Positions 36,486 to 47,231 are shown, numbered from the stretch's first letter. The stretch is 64,000 bases of DNA from Candidatus Komeilibacteria bacterium RIFOXYD1_FULL_37_29 (GCA_001818495.1 MHKS01000005.1:250038-314037); one strand, 5' to 3'. A program made the numbers and translations. The notes: a model not told the origin generated them from the sequence alone.

Positions 36486-37799
36486 TTGATGAGCAAAAGC
36501 AAAATATTTTTGTTGGTTAGTTTTATTTTTTTAGCTGGTAATTTTTTTTGGTTGTTATATTTTGAAGATAGGGGAAACCATAATTTTAATTATGGTTCTT
36601 TTTATAGTTTCACCGCCCAGGTAGTCAGAGTTGATAAAAAAATTAATGGTTATAATATTGTGGTCCGTCCCGAAGGACTGGCCGATTTTTTCGGTCAGAT
36701 TTTGTTGTATACGCCACTTTACCCGGAGTATTATTATGGCGATATTTTGCAAATCTCCGGCAAGATTTATCAGCCGGAAAAACTAGCTGGCGACGATGGT
36801 CAGGTTTTTGCTTATGATAAATATCTCGCCAAAGATAATATTTTTGGCACCAGCTTCCGGCCGATTTTAAAAAAAATTGGTCAGTCAAAAAATCTGACTT
36901 TTTATGTTTATCAGGCCAGGCATTATTTTTGGCAAAACCTCAATGATTATTTGAGAGAGCCAGCTTCGGCTTTGGCCAAGGCCATGTTTTTGTCTCCTCA
37001 GCGGGAAATCAGCCCAGAGCTTTGGGATGTTTTTGCCAAAGTCGGCGTCAGTCATATGATCTCTATTTCCGGTTCGCATATGGTGATTATTATTTGGTTG
37101 TTGCAGTCTTTTTTGATTGCCGTGGGGTTTAGCAGAAAATCAGCTTGGTGGTGGCTGGTGATTTTTTTGTTGTTTTATTTATATTTGATTGGTTTTATCA
37201 GTCCGGCGGTACGCTCGGCCGCCATGGCTATCATTTTATTGTCCGGGCCATTTGTGGGTCGTCAGACTGATTCAGTTTATAGTCTGTTTTTGGTGGCCGA
37301 TATTTTGGTAGCTTTAAATCCTTTTATTATTTTATATGATATTGGTTTTCAGTTGTCTTTTTTGGCGGTTTTGGGATTGGTGTATTATGCTAGATTTTTT
37401 AATAAAATTTTGATTTTTATTCCTAGTAAATTCAAATTGCGCGAAGTCTTGGCCATGACTTTGGCCTCACAAGTGTTTACTTGGCCAATTACTGTTTATA
37501 ATTTTGGTATATTTTCCATTGTGGCTCCTTTGGCCAATTTTTTGATTCTGCCACTACTTCCAGCAGTTTTAGTTTTGTCCATGGCTTTAAGTGTCTGTGG
37601 CTTTTGGCCGTTTTTAGCCGAGCTTATCTCCTGGTCATTATTTTTGCTTTTAAAAATCATTGTCTTGATCAGTCAGCTGTTATCGCAAGTGTCTTATGCT
37701 TCTGTTTATATCAAAGGTTTTGATATTTGGTCTTTGTTTTTGTCTTTATTTTTTATAGGTGTTATTACTTGGATTTTAAAGCCACGGTCTTATGAATAA
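36486..37799 (+). CDS. comEC: ComEC/Rec2 competence channel, membrane (competence) domain
   Basis: Polytopic. Conserved VGVSHMISISGSHMVII (ComEC H-x-x-SG-x-H motif). N-terminal OB-like region. Confidence 0.75.
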   Translation: MMSKSKIFLLVSFIFLAGNFFWLLYFEDRGNHNFNYGSFYSFTAQVVRVDKKINGYNIVVRPEGLADFFGQILLYTPLYPEYYYGDILQISGKIYQPEKLAGDDGQVFAYDKYLAKDNIFGTSFRPILKKIGQSKNLTFYVYQARHYFWQNLNDYLREPASALAKAMFLSPQREISPELWDVFAKVGVSHMISISGSHMVIIIWLLQSFLIAVGFSRKSAWWWLVIFLLFYLYLIGFISPAVRSAAMAIILLSGPFVGRQTDSVYSLFLVADILVALNPFIILYDIGFQLSFLAVLGLVYYARFFNKILIFIPSKFKLREVLAMTLASQVFTWPITVYNFGIFSIVAPLANFLILPLLPAVLVLSMALSVCGFWPFLAELISWSLFLLLKIIVLISQLLSQVSYASVYIKGFDIWSLFLSLFFIGVITWILKPRSYE

Positions 37800-38586
37800 A
37801 ATAATATTATTAATACTGGTTATTGGTGGAATTTTATTTTTTTCTTTATATTACGAAAAAAAACAACTTGAGATATATTTTTTAGATGTTGGCCAAGGCG
37901 ATGCTATTTTAATTCGTAGCCCCCAGGGACAAAATATACTGATTGATGGCGGTCCAGACAACCAATTGCTCTCCGAGCTTGGCCAAGTCCTGCCTTGGTG
38001 GGAAAGGCAAATTGATTATGTGATCGTTAGCCATTATCATGATGATCATTTGACCGGACTGATAGAATTGTTAAATAAGTACAAGATTAAAAATGTTTTA
38101 GTGACCGCTCATCAACCTGATGATTTTTTATATCAGGTTTGGGCAGATAAATTGTTAGCAAAAAATATTAAGCCAACAGTAGTTAAAGCCGGTGATAGTT
38201 TTGTTGCCTCTGATGGTCTCTCCTGGCAAGTTATTTTAGCTGACTCAGAGCATGAGGATTATAATGAGAATTCTTTGGTTATTAGACTGACTTATCATAA
38301 TAAAAGTTTTTTATTGACCGGAGATTTGGGCAAAGTCGGGGAGGATAAAATTTTATCTGCTGGCTTAGCCATTGATGCTGATTATCTCAAAGTCGGCCAT
38401 CACGGCAGCAAGTATTCTTCTTCGGCCGAGTTTTTAGAAGTAGTCAGTCCAGAGATTTGTATTATACAATCGGGAAAAGATAATAAGTTTGGTCATCCGC
38501 ATCTGGAGACACTCAAAAGATTGTCAGCGGTGGGTTGTCAGATTATGAACACCCAAGATTTGGGCACAATTAGCTTTAATTTTTAG
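37792..38586 (+). CDS. comEC: ComEC C-terminal metallo-beta-lactamase domain, encoded as a separate ORF overlapping the previous one by 8 nt
   Basis: HYHDDHLTGL (HxHxDH), DYLKVGHHGSKYSS, N-terminal TM. Confidence 0.75.
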   Translation: MNKIILLILVIGGILFFSLYYEKKQLEIYFLDVGQGDAILIRSPQGQNILIDGGPDNQLLSELGQVLPWWERQIDYVIVSHYHDDHLTGLIELLNKYKIKNVLVTAHQPDDFLYQVWADKLLAKNIKPTVVKAGDSFVASDGLSWQVILADSEHEDYNENSLVIRLTYHNKSFLLTGDLGKVGEDKILSAGLAIDADYLKVGHHGSKYSSSAEFLEVVSPEICIIQSGKDNKFGHPHLETLKRLSAVGCQIMNTQDLGTISFNF

Positions 38587-38599
38587 GGTTGTTATATTT

Positions 38600-38697
38600 A
38601 TTTTTTGGTATTATAATTTAACAAAGTCCACATATAGTATGTGGATTGTCGTACATATCAACCGATGCTTTATAAGCATCAGCAAGGAGTTTCTATT
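38600..38697 (+). promoter_or_regulatory. Promoter and leader of the small ORF. Extended -10 (TTTTTTGGTATTATAAT), then palindrome CCACATATAGTATGTGG, hairpin GATGCTTTATAAGCATC, and a strong SD (AAGGAG).
   Basis: Read directly. The -10 resembles the TGGTATAAT promoters at 26447 and 33431. Confidence 0.5.
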
Positions 38698-38799
38698 ATG
38701 AAACGCTTGAATCCACTTCGTATGAAGTGGCAAGAAGGTTTAGGCGGCAACAAGATCGAGAAGAACAAGGTCGTATCTGACCCGACAGACGGCCGCTAA
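38698..38799 (+). CDS. Orphan 33-aa ORF (MKRLNPLRMKWQEGLGGNKIEKNKVVSDPTDGR), GC-rich, with a perfect SD and its own terminator
   Basis: AAGGAG lies 8 nt upstream of the ATG. The codon usage is G/C-rich, unlike the neighbours. Followed by a terminator at 38822-38862. Confidence 0.45.
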   Translation: MKRLNPLRMKWQEGLGGNKIEKNKVVSDPTDGR

Positions 38800-38821
38800 C
38801 CAAGAAGGTCGCCGGTTCGCA

Positions 38822-38862
38822 GGGGGTCCAAAGTGTAGTCTTTGGCCCCCTTATTTATTTTC
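38822..38862 (+). terminator. Intrinsic terminator
   Basis: GGGGGTCCAAAG-tgtagt-CTTTGGCCCCC followed by TTATTTATTTTCTT. Confidence 0.75.
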
Positions 38863-38921
38863 TTGATTTTTGTATAGATTTGACCTATAATAAAGGCACT
38901 AAATCATTAAATTTTTGCTTT

Positions 38922-39308
38922 ATGGCCAGTGATAAGAAAATTAAAATTTTACTCATCGAAGACGAGGAAATGCTCGCCAATATGTACGAGGTCAAGTTTA
39001 AAAACGAAGGTTTTGACTTGGAAAAAGCTTTAGATGGAGCTGAGGGTTTGGCTAAAGCCAAGGCCAATGTGCCAGATTTTATATTGTTGGATATTATTAT
39101 GCCAAAAATGGACGGCTTTTCAGTCTTGAAAGCTCTCAAAGATGATCCAGCTACCAAAAATGTGCCAGTTATTTTACTGACCAATCTTGGTCAGGAAGAA
39201 GATGTTGAAAAGGGTAAAGAATTGGGAGCAGTTGGTTATTTGGTTAAGGCCAATATTACTCCTTCCGAAGTAGTGGCCGAAGTAAAGAAAAAGCTTGGCA
39301 AAAAATAA
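38922..39308 (+). CDS. Single-domain response regulator (CheY-like receiver)
   Basis: KILLIEDEE...DFILLDIIMPKMDGF...VPVILLTN contains the phosphoacceptor Asp and the conserved Thr/Lys. Confidence 0.8.
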   Translation: MASDKKIKILLIEDEEMLANMYEVKFKNEGFDLEKALDGAEGLAKAKANVPDFILLDIIMPKMDGFSVLKALKDDPATKNVPVILLTNLGQEEDVEKGKELGAVGYLVKANITPSEVVAEVKKKLGKK

Positions 39309-39381
39309 AATTTTTGTTAGTATATAGCCACCGCACCTCGCTTCGGCGGGGTGAGTTTAAATAATTAATAGTTTACGGAGT

Positions 39382-39960
39382 ATGAATTTTAAAGAGGAAA
39401 AAACATTTGTGATGATCAAGCCGGACGGTGTCCGCAAGAATCTGATTGGCGAAATTATTGCTCGTTTTGAACAACGCGATTTAAAAATAGTAGCTTTGGA
39501 AATGTTTCAGCCAACTGTTGCCCAGATTGATGAGCATTATCCCAAGGATAAGGCTTGGATCGCTCGCTTGGGTCAAAAAACTTTAAGTACTTATGAAAAA
39601 TACGGAGTTGATCCGATTAAAGAGCTGGGTACTGACAATGATTTTGAAATTGGTCAGATGGTCCGCAAGTGGTTGGTTGATTATATGACCTCTGCTCCTT
39701 TGGTTAGAATGGTGGTCCAAGGTATTCATGCGGTTGATATGGTTCGTAAAATTTGCGGTGTCACTATTCCCAATATGGCTGACATGGGTACTATTCGTGG
39801 TGATTTTTCCTCTGATTCTCCTTCAGTAGCTAATAGTGAAAAAAGAGCAGTAATGAATTTGATCCATGCGTCTGAAACTCCGCAAGAAGCTGAACACGAA
39901 ATGAAACATTGGTTTGGAAGCAGAAAGGTTATATTCAATTACGAGCGTTACCAAGATTAA
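39382..39960 (+). CDS. ndk: Nucleoside diphosphate kinase
   Basis: TFVMIKPDGV and the NxxHASD-like region NLIHASE. 192 aa. Confidence 0.85.
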   Translation: MNFKEEKTFVMIKPDGVRKNLIGEIIARFEQRDLKIVALEMFQPTVAQIDEHYPKDKAWIARLGQKTLSTYEKYGVDPIKELGTDNDFEIGQMVRKWLVDYMTSAPLVRMVVQGIHAVDMVRKICGVTIPNMADMGTIRGDFSSDSPSVANSEKRAVMNLIHASETPQEAEHEMKHWFGSRKVIFNYERYQD

Positions 39961-39967
39961 AAATTAA

Positions 39968-39999
39968 AAAGAGCTAGGTTTAGCTCTTTTTTTGTTTTA
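39968..39999 (+). terminator. Intrinsic terminator after ndk
   Basis: AAAAAGAGCTAggtTTAGCTCTTTTTTTG. Confidence 0.7.
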
Positions 40000-40362
40000 G
40001 TTTGCTAGGATATTTTTCCGGTGTTATAATGGCTTTGTAGCCTCTTCTTTTAAAAATATGTAACTCTACAACAATTGCTATCGGTGTTTTATATTAGCTT
40101 AGACCTTGGTCTTATGTTTGCGAACACCACCCTTTTAAATAGGGGTTATACATATAGGAAAGAATGCTACTTAGTCAATTTTATCAGTAACCAATCAAAC
40201 ATGCTGACATGTGACTAGCAAAAAGGTGTTTTATAAGTTTTGCACTATACAAACGCCTTTTTGTTTTGGTTTAAAAAATATTTTTGTCAATAAAAAAATC
40301 CAGTTGCCCTTAGTTGCTATATAAACATTAATTAGCAGGAGCCACTGGATTAAATAATAAAA

Positions 40363-40554
40363 TTATTTTGAAGTTTGTTTTTTCTTTAATTTGTTGAGAG
40401 TCTTTAAACAAGAAGTGCAAATAGTCATTCTAGCACCACCCAATTTTTTGGATTGCAAGTTGATTTTCATGGTTCGGCGGCTGGCCATATTGGAATGGCT
40501 GCGTGAATTACCACTTACTTTCCCTCGGTTACAGATATCACATACTTTGGCCAT
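40363..40554 (-). CDS. rpmB: 50S ribosomal protein L28
   Basis: MAKVCDICNRGKVSGNSRSHSNMASRRTMKINLQ is the L28 family signature. Confidence 0.85.
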   Translation of the reverse strand: MAKVCDICNRGKVSGNSRSHSNMASRRTMKINLQSKKLGGARMTICTSCLKTLNKLKKKQTSK

Positions 40555-40638
40555 ATGCTTGAATTTCTAATTAATTAAGCTATAATTATTAATACGACGT
40601 AGAATAATTTAGCATAAAAGTAACTTTTTGTCAAAGCT

Positions 40639-41268
40639 ATGTTAATATCAACTTTGTTTTCCGAGCCATCTCTATTTTTAATTGTTATATTGTCTATTAT
40701 TTATGCCTTAACGGTTCATGAGTTTTCTCATGCTCTAGCCGCCACTTATTTGGGGGATAATACAGCCAAATATAGCGGTCGGCTAAATTTAAATCCCTTA
40801 TCTCATCTGGAGATCTTTGGTACTTTGATGTTACTTTTTGCCGGCTTTGGCTGGGGTAAACCAGTGCCGGTCAATCCTTTTAATCTTCGTTTTAAACGAT
40901 GGGGGGAGGCCATAGTTTCTTTGGCTGGTCCGGTTTCAAATTTTATATCGGCGGCCATTTTTGTTGCTTTGGCTAGTTTACTGGTCAGATTTATGCCAGC
41001 TGGTAGTTTATTGTTTGATTTCTTGTTTTATTTGATTTTTATCAATTTTGTTTTAGGAGTTTTTAATCTTATTCCTATTCCGCCACTAGATGGCTCCAAG
41101 GTTCTTTTTGCCATATTGCCCGCCAATTTTGAAGGTTTTAAGCGTAGTTTTTCTGTTAATGGACCATGGGTACTGCTCGGTTTGATATTTTTGGATAATT
41201 TTGTTGGTGTCAACATTTTTGGTCATATTTTTCAGTTTTTCATAAATATAATATATTTGCTATTCTAA
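40639..41268 (+). CDS. Site-2 protease family (peptidase M50) membrane metalloprotease
   Basis: HExxH as TVHEFSHALAA. Polytopic. Confidence 0.7.
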   Translation: MLISTLFSEPSLFLIVILSIIYALTVHEFSHALAATYLGDNTAKYSGRLNLNPLSHLEIFGTLMLLFAGFGWGKPVPVNPFNLRFKRWGEAIVSLAGPVSNFISAAIFVALASLLVRFMPAGSLLFDFLFYLIFINFVLGVFNLIPIPPLDGSKVLFAILPANFEGFKRSFSVNGPWVLLGLIFLDNFVGVNIFGHIFQFFINIIYLLF

Positions 41269-41452
41269 AATTTATTCAAATCTTAGCTAAAGACCAGATT
41301 TGCCAAGATTATTTTGGCAAATTTTTATTTAAATAGTAGACAATCCTTGACTTTGTTAATTTTTTATGCTATTTTATTGGGGACTTTTCTTTGGAAACAA
41401 TGGGTTGTTTTTGGAGAAAAATTAGTCGCATTTTTATTTTTTTTAATACAAT

Positions 41453-41890
41453 ATGCCAACAGTCAATCAATTATTGAGACATCCTAGAAGAAAACAGAAA
41501 GCCAAGAGTTCTACACCGGCTTTACATACTGTTTTAAATAGCTTAAGAAGAAGAAAAAGAGAGCTTCCCGAAGGTGCTCCTTTTAAGCGTGGTGTTTGCA
41601 TTAAGGTAACTACCAGCACCCCCAAAAAACCGAACTCTGCTCTTCGTAAAATTGCTAGGGTTAGATTATCGAACGGTATGGAAGTAACTGCTTATATTCC
41701 CGGCGAAGGTCACAACTTACAAGAGCACAGCATTGTGTTAATTCGTGGTGGTAGGGTCAAAGATTTACCTGGTGTCCGTTATCATATTGTCCGTGGTGTT
41801 TATGACACCCAAGGTGTGGCTAGTAGAAAACAGGGCCGATCTTTGTATGGTACTAAAAAGGAAAAAGCTGCCAAAAAAAAAGTAAAATAA
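41453..41890 (+). CDS. rpsL: 30S ribosomal protein S12 (with a roughly 20-aa internal insertion)
   Basis: PTVNQLLR..., [58 protein letters not shown]. Confidence 0.95.
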   Translation: MPTVNQLLRHPRRKQKAKSSTPALHTVLNSLRRRKRELPEGAPFKRGVCIKVTTSTPKKPNSALRKIARVRLSNGMEVTAYIPGEGHNLQEHSIVLIRGGRVKDLPGVRYHIVRGVYDTQGVASRKQGRSLYGTKKEKAAKKKVK

Positions 41891-41914
41891 TATTTCAATA
41901 AACCTAATCAAATT

Positions 41915-42379
41915 ATGAGAGGAAAAAGAAGTCCCAAGAGAGATATTTTGCCAGATCCTAAATTTCAAAGGATTGACATTGCTAAGTTGATCAACAAAGT
42001 AATGACCAGAGGTAAAAAAACTACCGCCCAAAAAGTTGTTTATGAGGCCTTTGAGTATATTTCTGAGAAAACCAAACAGGATCCGATTGGTATCTATGAC
42101 GCGGCTATTAGAAATGTTTCCCCCAGTCTAGAAGTAAAAGGTAAAAGAATTGGTGGCGCCAATTATCAGGTGCCGATTGTAGTGACTGGTGAAAGAAAAC
42201 TTATTTTAGCTTACCGTTGGATTTTGGAAGCGGCGCGCAGTCGCAAAGGTTCGGCTATGTATAAAAGATTGGGTGATGAGTTGATATCAGCGTCTACCGG
42301 AGAAGGAACAGCTATGAAAAAGCGTGAAGATGTCCAGAAAATGGCTGAATCAAACAAAGCCTTTGCTCACTTTGCTTAA
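41915..42379 (+). CDS. rpsG: 30S ribosomal protein S7
   Basis: MRGKRSPKRDILPDPKF... is the S7 signature. Confidence 0.95.
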   Translation: MRGKRSPKRDILPDPKFQRIDIAKLINKVMTRGKKTTAQKVVYEAFEYISEKTKQDPIGIYDAAIRNVSPSLEVKGKRIGGANYQVPIVVTGERKLILAYRWILEAARSRKGSAMYKRLGDELISASTGEGTAMKKREDVQKMAESNKAFAHFA

Positions 42380-42463
42380 ATTAAAAATTTTTAAATAAAA
42401 GGCAGACATTGTCTGCATTTTATTTTTAACCCATAAACCAATCCATTAAATCAAAACAATATT

Positions 42464-44560
42464 ATGGCCAGACAACCATTGGAAAAAGTAAGAAATATCG
42501 GAATTATCGCTCACATTGATGCTGGAAAGACCACAGTCACCGAGCGTATACTTTTTTATACTGGTAAAAAACATAAGATTGGAGAAGTGCACGAAGGTAA
42601 GGCTGAAATGGACTGGATGGAGCAGGAAAAAGAGCGCGGTATTACCATTACCTCGGCCGCTACGACTTGTTTTTGGCCATTACCAGATTGGTTGGGAGGC
42701 GACAAAGCCAACGTCAATATTATTGATACTCCTGGTCACGTGGACTTTACAGTGGAAGTAGAAAGATCATTGCGTGTGCTAGATGGCGGTGTCATTGTCT
42801 TTGACGGTGTAGCTGGTGTGGAACCACAATCAGAAACTGTTTGGCGTCAAGCTGATAAATATCATGTTCCTAGACTGGCCTTTATCAACAAGATGGACAG
42901 AATGGGAGCGGATTTTTATTTTGATATGAAGACCATCTATGAGAGATTGACCAAGCACGCTCATCCAGTACAGTTACCGATTGGAGCCGCTGAAACTTTT
43001 GTTGGTATAGTCAATTTATTGGAACGGGAAGCCTGGTATTATTTGGATGAAGATGGCAAACAATATGAAAAAAGAGATATTCCAGCCGATATGAAAGATA
43101 AGGTAGAGCAGTATCGCTCTCAGCTGATTGAAGCCGTGGTAGAGCACGATGACGTCTTGATGGAAAAATATCTAGCTGGCGAAGAATTAGCTATAAATGA
43201 TATTAAAAAAGTTTTACGTAAAGCTGTTATTAGTAATAAAATAGTGCCGATATTTTGCGGCTCAGCTTTGAAAAACAAAGGAGTCCAATTCTTATTGGAT
43301 GCTATTGTTTCTTATTTGCCGTCACCACTTGATGTACCACCAATTGAAGGTACTGAGCCAAGAAATGAAGAAAATAAAATCAAAGTAAAAATTGGAGATA
43401 ATGAGCCATTTGTTGGCCTAGCTTTTAAAGTAGCTACCGATCCTTATGTCGGACGACTCACTTATGTGCGTGTTTATGCCGGTACCCTAAAATCCGGATC
43501 TTATGTCTATAATGCTAACACCGAAAAGAAAGAAAGAATCGGTCGTATTTTGAGAATGCACGCCAATGCTCGAGAAGAAGTACAGGAAATTTTTAGTGGA
43601 GATATAGTGGCTGTAGTGGGACTAAAAGATACTACCACTGGTCATTCTTTGTGTGATCCAGATCATCCAGTAGTTTTGGAAAGTATGGATTTTCCTGATC
43701 CAGTAATTTTTGTGGCTGTCGAGCCAAAGACCAAAGCTGACCAAGAAAAGATGGGTATGGCCTTAGCCAAATTGACCGAAGAAGATCCTACCTTTACTGT
43801 TAGGTCAGATGAAGAAACCAATCAAACTGTTCTTGGTGGTATGGGAGAATTACATTTGGATATCATTGTCGATCGTATGAAACGAGAGTTTTCTGTTGAG
43901 GCCAATGTCGGTGCTCCACAGGTAGCCTATAAAGAAACTATTATGGGTACGGCTGAAGCGGAAGGAAAATATATCAAACAATCCGGTGGTCGCGGTCAAT
44001 ACGGACATTGTTGGCTTCGTTTAGAGCCACAAGAACGCGGTAAGGGCTTTGAATTTATTGATGAAATTAAAGGTGGAGCTATTCCTCGAGAATATATTCC
44101 AGCTATTCAAAAAGGTGTTAAGGAAACTATGGACAATGGTATTTTGGCTGGTTATCAAATTCAGGATATCAAGGTAGCTGTCTATGATGGATCTTTCCAT
44201 GATGTTGATTCATCTGAAGCTGCTTTTAAAGTAGCTGGCTCTATGGCTTTTAAAGCTGCTTTTAGGTTGGCTAAGCCGGTTATTTTGGAGCCGATTATGA
44301 AAGTAGAAGCTGTTACTCCGGAACAATACATGGGTGATGTAATTGGTGATTTAAATTCCAAGAGAGGACAAGTATCAGAAATGAGTGATCGGGCTGGTGT
44401 CAAAGTAATTGCTGCTGAAGTGCCTTTATCAGAAATGTTTGGTTATGCTACGGCCCTTCGCTCAATGACTCAAGGCAGAGCTAGTTATAGTATGGAATTT
44501 TCCAAATATCAGGAAGTGCCTCGTAGTGTTGCTGAAGCCATCATCAGTAAAAAAGCTTAA
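42464..44560 (+). CDS. fusA: Elongation factor G
   Basis: [22 protein letters not shown]. 698 aa. Confidence 0.95.
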   Translation: MARQPLEKVRNIGIIAHIDAGKTTVTERILFYTGKKHKIGEVHEGKAEMDWMEQEKERGITITSAATTCFWPLPDWLGGDKANVNIIDTPGHVDFTVEVERSLRVLDGGVIVFDGVAGVEPQSETVWRQADKYHVPRLAFINKMDRMGADFYFDMKTIYERLTKHAHPVQLPIGAAETFVGIVNLLEREAWYYLDEDGKQYEKRDIPADMKDKVEQYRSQLIEAVVEHDDVLMEKYLAGEELAINDIKKVLRKAVISNKIVPIFCGSALKNKGVQFLLDAIVSYLPSPLDVPPIEGTEPRNEENKIKVKIGDNEPFVGLAFKVATDPYVGRLTYVRVYAGTLKSGSYVYNANTEKKERIGRILRMHANAREEVQEIFSGDIVAVVGLKDTTTGHSLCDPDHPVVLESMDFPDPVIFVAVEPKTKADQEKMGMALAKLTEEDPTFTVRSDEETNQTVLGGMGELHLDIIVDRMKREFSVEANVGAPQVAYKETIMGTAEAEGKYIKQSGGRGQYGHCWLRLEPQERGKGFEFIDEIKGGAIPREYIPAIQKGVKETMDNGILAGYQIQDIKVAVYDGSFHDVDSSEAAFKVAGSMAFKAAFRLAKPVILEPIMKVEAVTPEQYMGDVIGDLNSKRGQVSEMSDRAGVKVIAAEVPLSEMFGYATALRSMTQGRASYSMEFSKYQEVPRSVAEAIISKKA

Positions 44561-44574
44561 TGATTATAATTTTA

Positions 44575-44608
44575 TCCCGCCGCGTTTGACGCGGCGGGAT
44601 TTTTTTAA
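44575..44608. terminator. Bidirectional intrinsic terminator (CCCGCCGCGTTTGACGCGGCGGG flanked by A/T runs)
   Basis: Hairpin read directly. There is a T-run on the + strand and an A-run/T-rich context for the convergent minus-strand gene. Confidence 0.75.
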
Positions 44609-44670
44609 TTTTAAGAAGCGCCTCAGTGGAGACGCTTCTTTTTACAGGGAGGGAGGGGGAGCAACACAGG

Positions 44671-45114
44671 TTATTCTGTGATATCGTCGACAAGCTTGTG
44701 GTAGCCGACACTGATATGATCCTGATTTGGCAGGTTCCACCAGAAAGCCAGGCCGTAGCGGCCGACTTCGATTAGAGCTTTGTCTATGAGTTCAGGGAAC
44801 TCCATGCGCAGATACAGCTTCATTAAGCTGCGGAGTAGAAAGAGCCGATCTTCCAGCGGAGAAACAAAGTCGTTGTAGAATTCGTTGCTCTCATCTGATT
44901 TGCACGGCAGTTTTTTATGTCTCCTTTTGAGATCTTTGAGTGCCCATTCAGTTTCCTGAATCAGGCGATAGAACTTCTTGATCAGCGGGCTAGCAGTACC
45001 CACTACGACTTGATGGGGACCGATTTTTATGTTCGGCCACAACATTGATTTTTTCAAATCAACTGCCTTTACCTCTTCAATGAGTTCTAGTGCCAGATCT
45101 TTTTCTGCTGTCAA
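44671..45114 (-). CDS. Hypothetical 147-aa protein, visibly G+C-richer than its surroundings (foreign-looking)
   Basis: Long ORF on the minus strand, convergent with fusA. Its composition departs from the flanking AT-rich DNA. No recognisable motif. Confidence 0.45.
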   Translation of the reverse strand: MTAEKDLALELIEEVKAVDLKKSMLWPNIKIGPHQVVVGTASPLIKKFYRLIQETEWALKDLKRRHKKLPCKSDESNEFYNDFVSPLEDRLFLLRSLMKLYLRMEFPELIDKALIEVGRYGLAFWWNLPNQDHISVGYHKLVDDITE

Positions 45115-45461
45115 AATATCCTCCTTGTGAGTGATTGTTAATTCTCTTCCAGTGAGAAGAAATGGAGGCGAAGAGCTAGGGTTTTGACCGTGGTCACCGC
45201 TAACCAGATAAATATACCGAAGTAATCAAGCTAAAGCCCAATTAAATCTGGCTAAGCTTATCTGTTTCGCTGCTCCAATTCTCCTCACTGGAAAAAGTAA
45301 TTGTAAATAACTTTTATAATGATAAATCATAGCATATATTTAAATTATTGTCAATAGTTACTGCTCTTGTTTTTGTTTGACAAAATAAAGCTTTTTGCTA
45401 TAAAATACCAACACTTTCCCCATTGAATGGGGTGCAGTAATTTACCTAAAAGCGTAATAAT

Positions 45462-45836
45462 ATGCCAAATTATAAGCAAATGGAAAGGGTGTTAGATTTA
45501 GCCGCTAAGACTGGCGATAAAGTGATTGTTTTATCAGATCATCATGATCCTTATGTTTTGATGACTATCAAGGAATATGAGGCTCTATTACACGGTCCGT
45601 CTTCAGTCAAAAATTTATCAGAAGATGAATTGCTTAGTAAAATTAACCGCGATATAGCCATTTGGAAAGCCTCCCAGGAGAGTTTAAGTGACTATAGTTT
45701 AGAGGATTTTAAGGTGGATAGCATTAGAAAAGATGAAAAAAAGCCTGAAATATCTAAGAAAAATGCCGATAAGCCTATTGTTGATAAGTCAGTTAATCCA
45801 GAGGAAGATAGGTATTATATTGAGCCAGTAGATTAA
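45462..45836 (+). CDS. Hypothetical protein with a Phd/YefM-antitoxin-like N-terminal region and a Lys/Glu-rich tail
   Basis: ERVLDLAAKTGDKVIVLSDHHDPYVLMTIKEYEALL resembles the Phd/YefM fold pattern (..pV.I.......vlmsieeYe.L). Confidence 0.35.
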   Translation: MPNYKQMERVLDLAAKTGDKVIVLSDHHDPYVLMTIKEYEALLHGPSSVKNLSEDELLSKINRDIAIWKASQESLSDYSLEDFKVDSIRKDEKKPEISKKNADKPIVDKSVNPEEDRYYIEPVD

Positions 45837-46031
45837 AATATTGGCTAATATTAGATAAAAGATTTGATAAATCAAAGCGGGTCCCTTAGGGGCTTGTCAA
45901 ATTTTTAAAACAGTGCTATAATCTGTTTGTTTTAAAAAAACAATATATAGATAATTAATAAATAATTTTTAAGATAGCTGGTTTACAAACCCCTGTATTT
46001 AAGGAGGGCTATCACGAAGGAGAAAAATAAA

Positions 46032-47219
46032 ATGGCAAATGTTTTCAAACGTGAAAAGCCGCACGTAAATATTGGCACCATTGGTCATGTAGACCATGGT
46101 AAAACTACTCTCACTGCAGCTATTTTAAAAGTATTATCCGCCGCCGGTGGTGTAGCTCAACAGAAGGACGTTGATCAAATTGATAATGCTCCAGAAGAAA
46201 GAGAACGTGGTATTACTATTGCTACATCTCATGTTGAGTATGAATCAGATAAGAGACACTATGCACACGTTGACTGTCCCGGTCATGCTGACTATGTCAA
46301 AAACATGATTACTGGTGCAGCTCAAATGGATGGTGCTATTTTAGTGGTATCCGCCGCTGATGGTCCAATGCCTCAAACCAGAGAACACATTCTATTAGCT
46401 CGTCAGGTTGGCGTGCCTTATATTGTTGTTTTCTTAAACAAAATGGATCAAGTAGACGATCCAGAATTGGTTGATCTAGTAGAAGAAGAAATCAGAGATT
46501 TACTTAAAAAATACGAATTCCCTGGAGACAAAACTCCAATTATTCGTGGTAGTGCTTTAAAAGCTTTGGAAAATCCAATTGGCGAATATGCCAAACCTAT
46601 TTTAGATCTTATTAAAGCCGTTGATGAATATATTCCTGAACCAAAACGTGATACTGATAAACCATTTTTGATGCCGATTGAAGACATCTTCTCAATTGAA
46701 GGTCGTGGTACTGTAGTAACCGGCCGTATTGACAGAGGTATTGTCAAACTAAACGATGAAGTAGCCTTAGTTGGTATCCATGACACTACTAAAACAGTAG
46801 TGACTGGTATTGAGATGTTTAACAAACAATTGGACGAAGGTAGAGCTGGTGATAATGCTGGACTACTTTTACGCGGTACTAAGAAAGAAGAAGTTGAGCG
46901 CGGTCAAGTTTTGGCCAAGCCAGGTTCTATTACTCCTCATACCGAATTTGAAGCTGAAACTTATGTTTTAAGCAAAGAAGAAGGTGGTCGTCATACCCCA
47001 TTTTTCAAAGGTTATAAACCACAGTTCTATATCCGTACTACAGATATTACTGGTGAAGTAGAACTTCCAGAAGGTACTGAGATGGTTATGCCAGGGGACA
47101 CCATCAATTTAAAAATTAAATTGATTGCTCCAGTCGCCCTTGAAGAGAAATCCAAGTTTGCTATCCGCGAAGGCGGACGCACTGTTGGTGCTGGTGTAGT
47201 AACCAAGATTATCAAATAA
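46032..47219 (+). CDS. tuf: Elongation factor Tu
   Basis: [26 protein letters not shown]. 395 aa. Confidence 0.97.
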   Translation: MANVFKREKPHVNIGTIGHVDHGKTTLTAAILKVLSAAGGVAQQKDVDQIDNAPEERERGITIATSHVEYESDKRHYAHVDCPGHADYVKNMITGAAQMDGAILVVSAADGPMPQTREHILLARQVGVPYIVVFLNKMDQVDDPELVDLVEEEIRDLLKKYEFPGDKTPIIRGSALKALENPIGEYAKPILDLIKAVDEYIPEPKRDTDKPFLMPIEDIFSIEGRGTVVTGRIDRGIVKLNDEVALVGIHDTTKTVVTGIEMFNKQLDEGRAGDNAGLLLRGTKKEEVERGQVLAKPGSITPHTEFEAETYVLSKEEGGRHTPFFKGYKPQFYIRTTDITGEVELPEGTEMVMPGDTINLKIKLIAPVALEEKSKFAIREGGRTVGAGVVTKIIK

Positions 47220-47231
47220 ATTTACATTTAC

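Noticed and set aside
38698-38799. Small GC-rich ORF as a known small ribosomal protein (L32/L33/L34/L36) or as tmRNA/SRP RNA
   Set aside because: The peptide lacks the basic signatures of those proteins. The region lacks the tRNA-like acceptor/T-arm of tmRNA and the conserved SRP RNA helix-8 motif. It is left as an unassigned small ORF or RNA.
44671-45114. Minus-strand 147-aa ORF as the toxin partner of the Phd-like gene at 45462
   Set aside because: The two genes are divergent and 350 bp apart, not an operon. Any toxin-antitoxin relationship is unsupported by arrangement.
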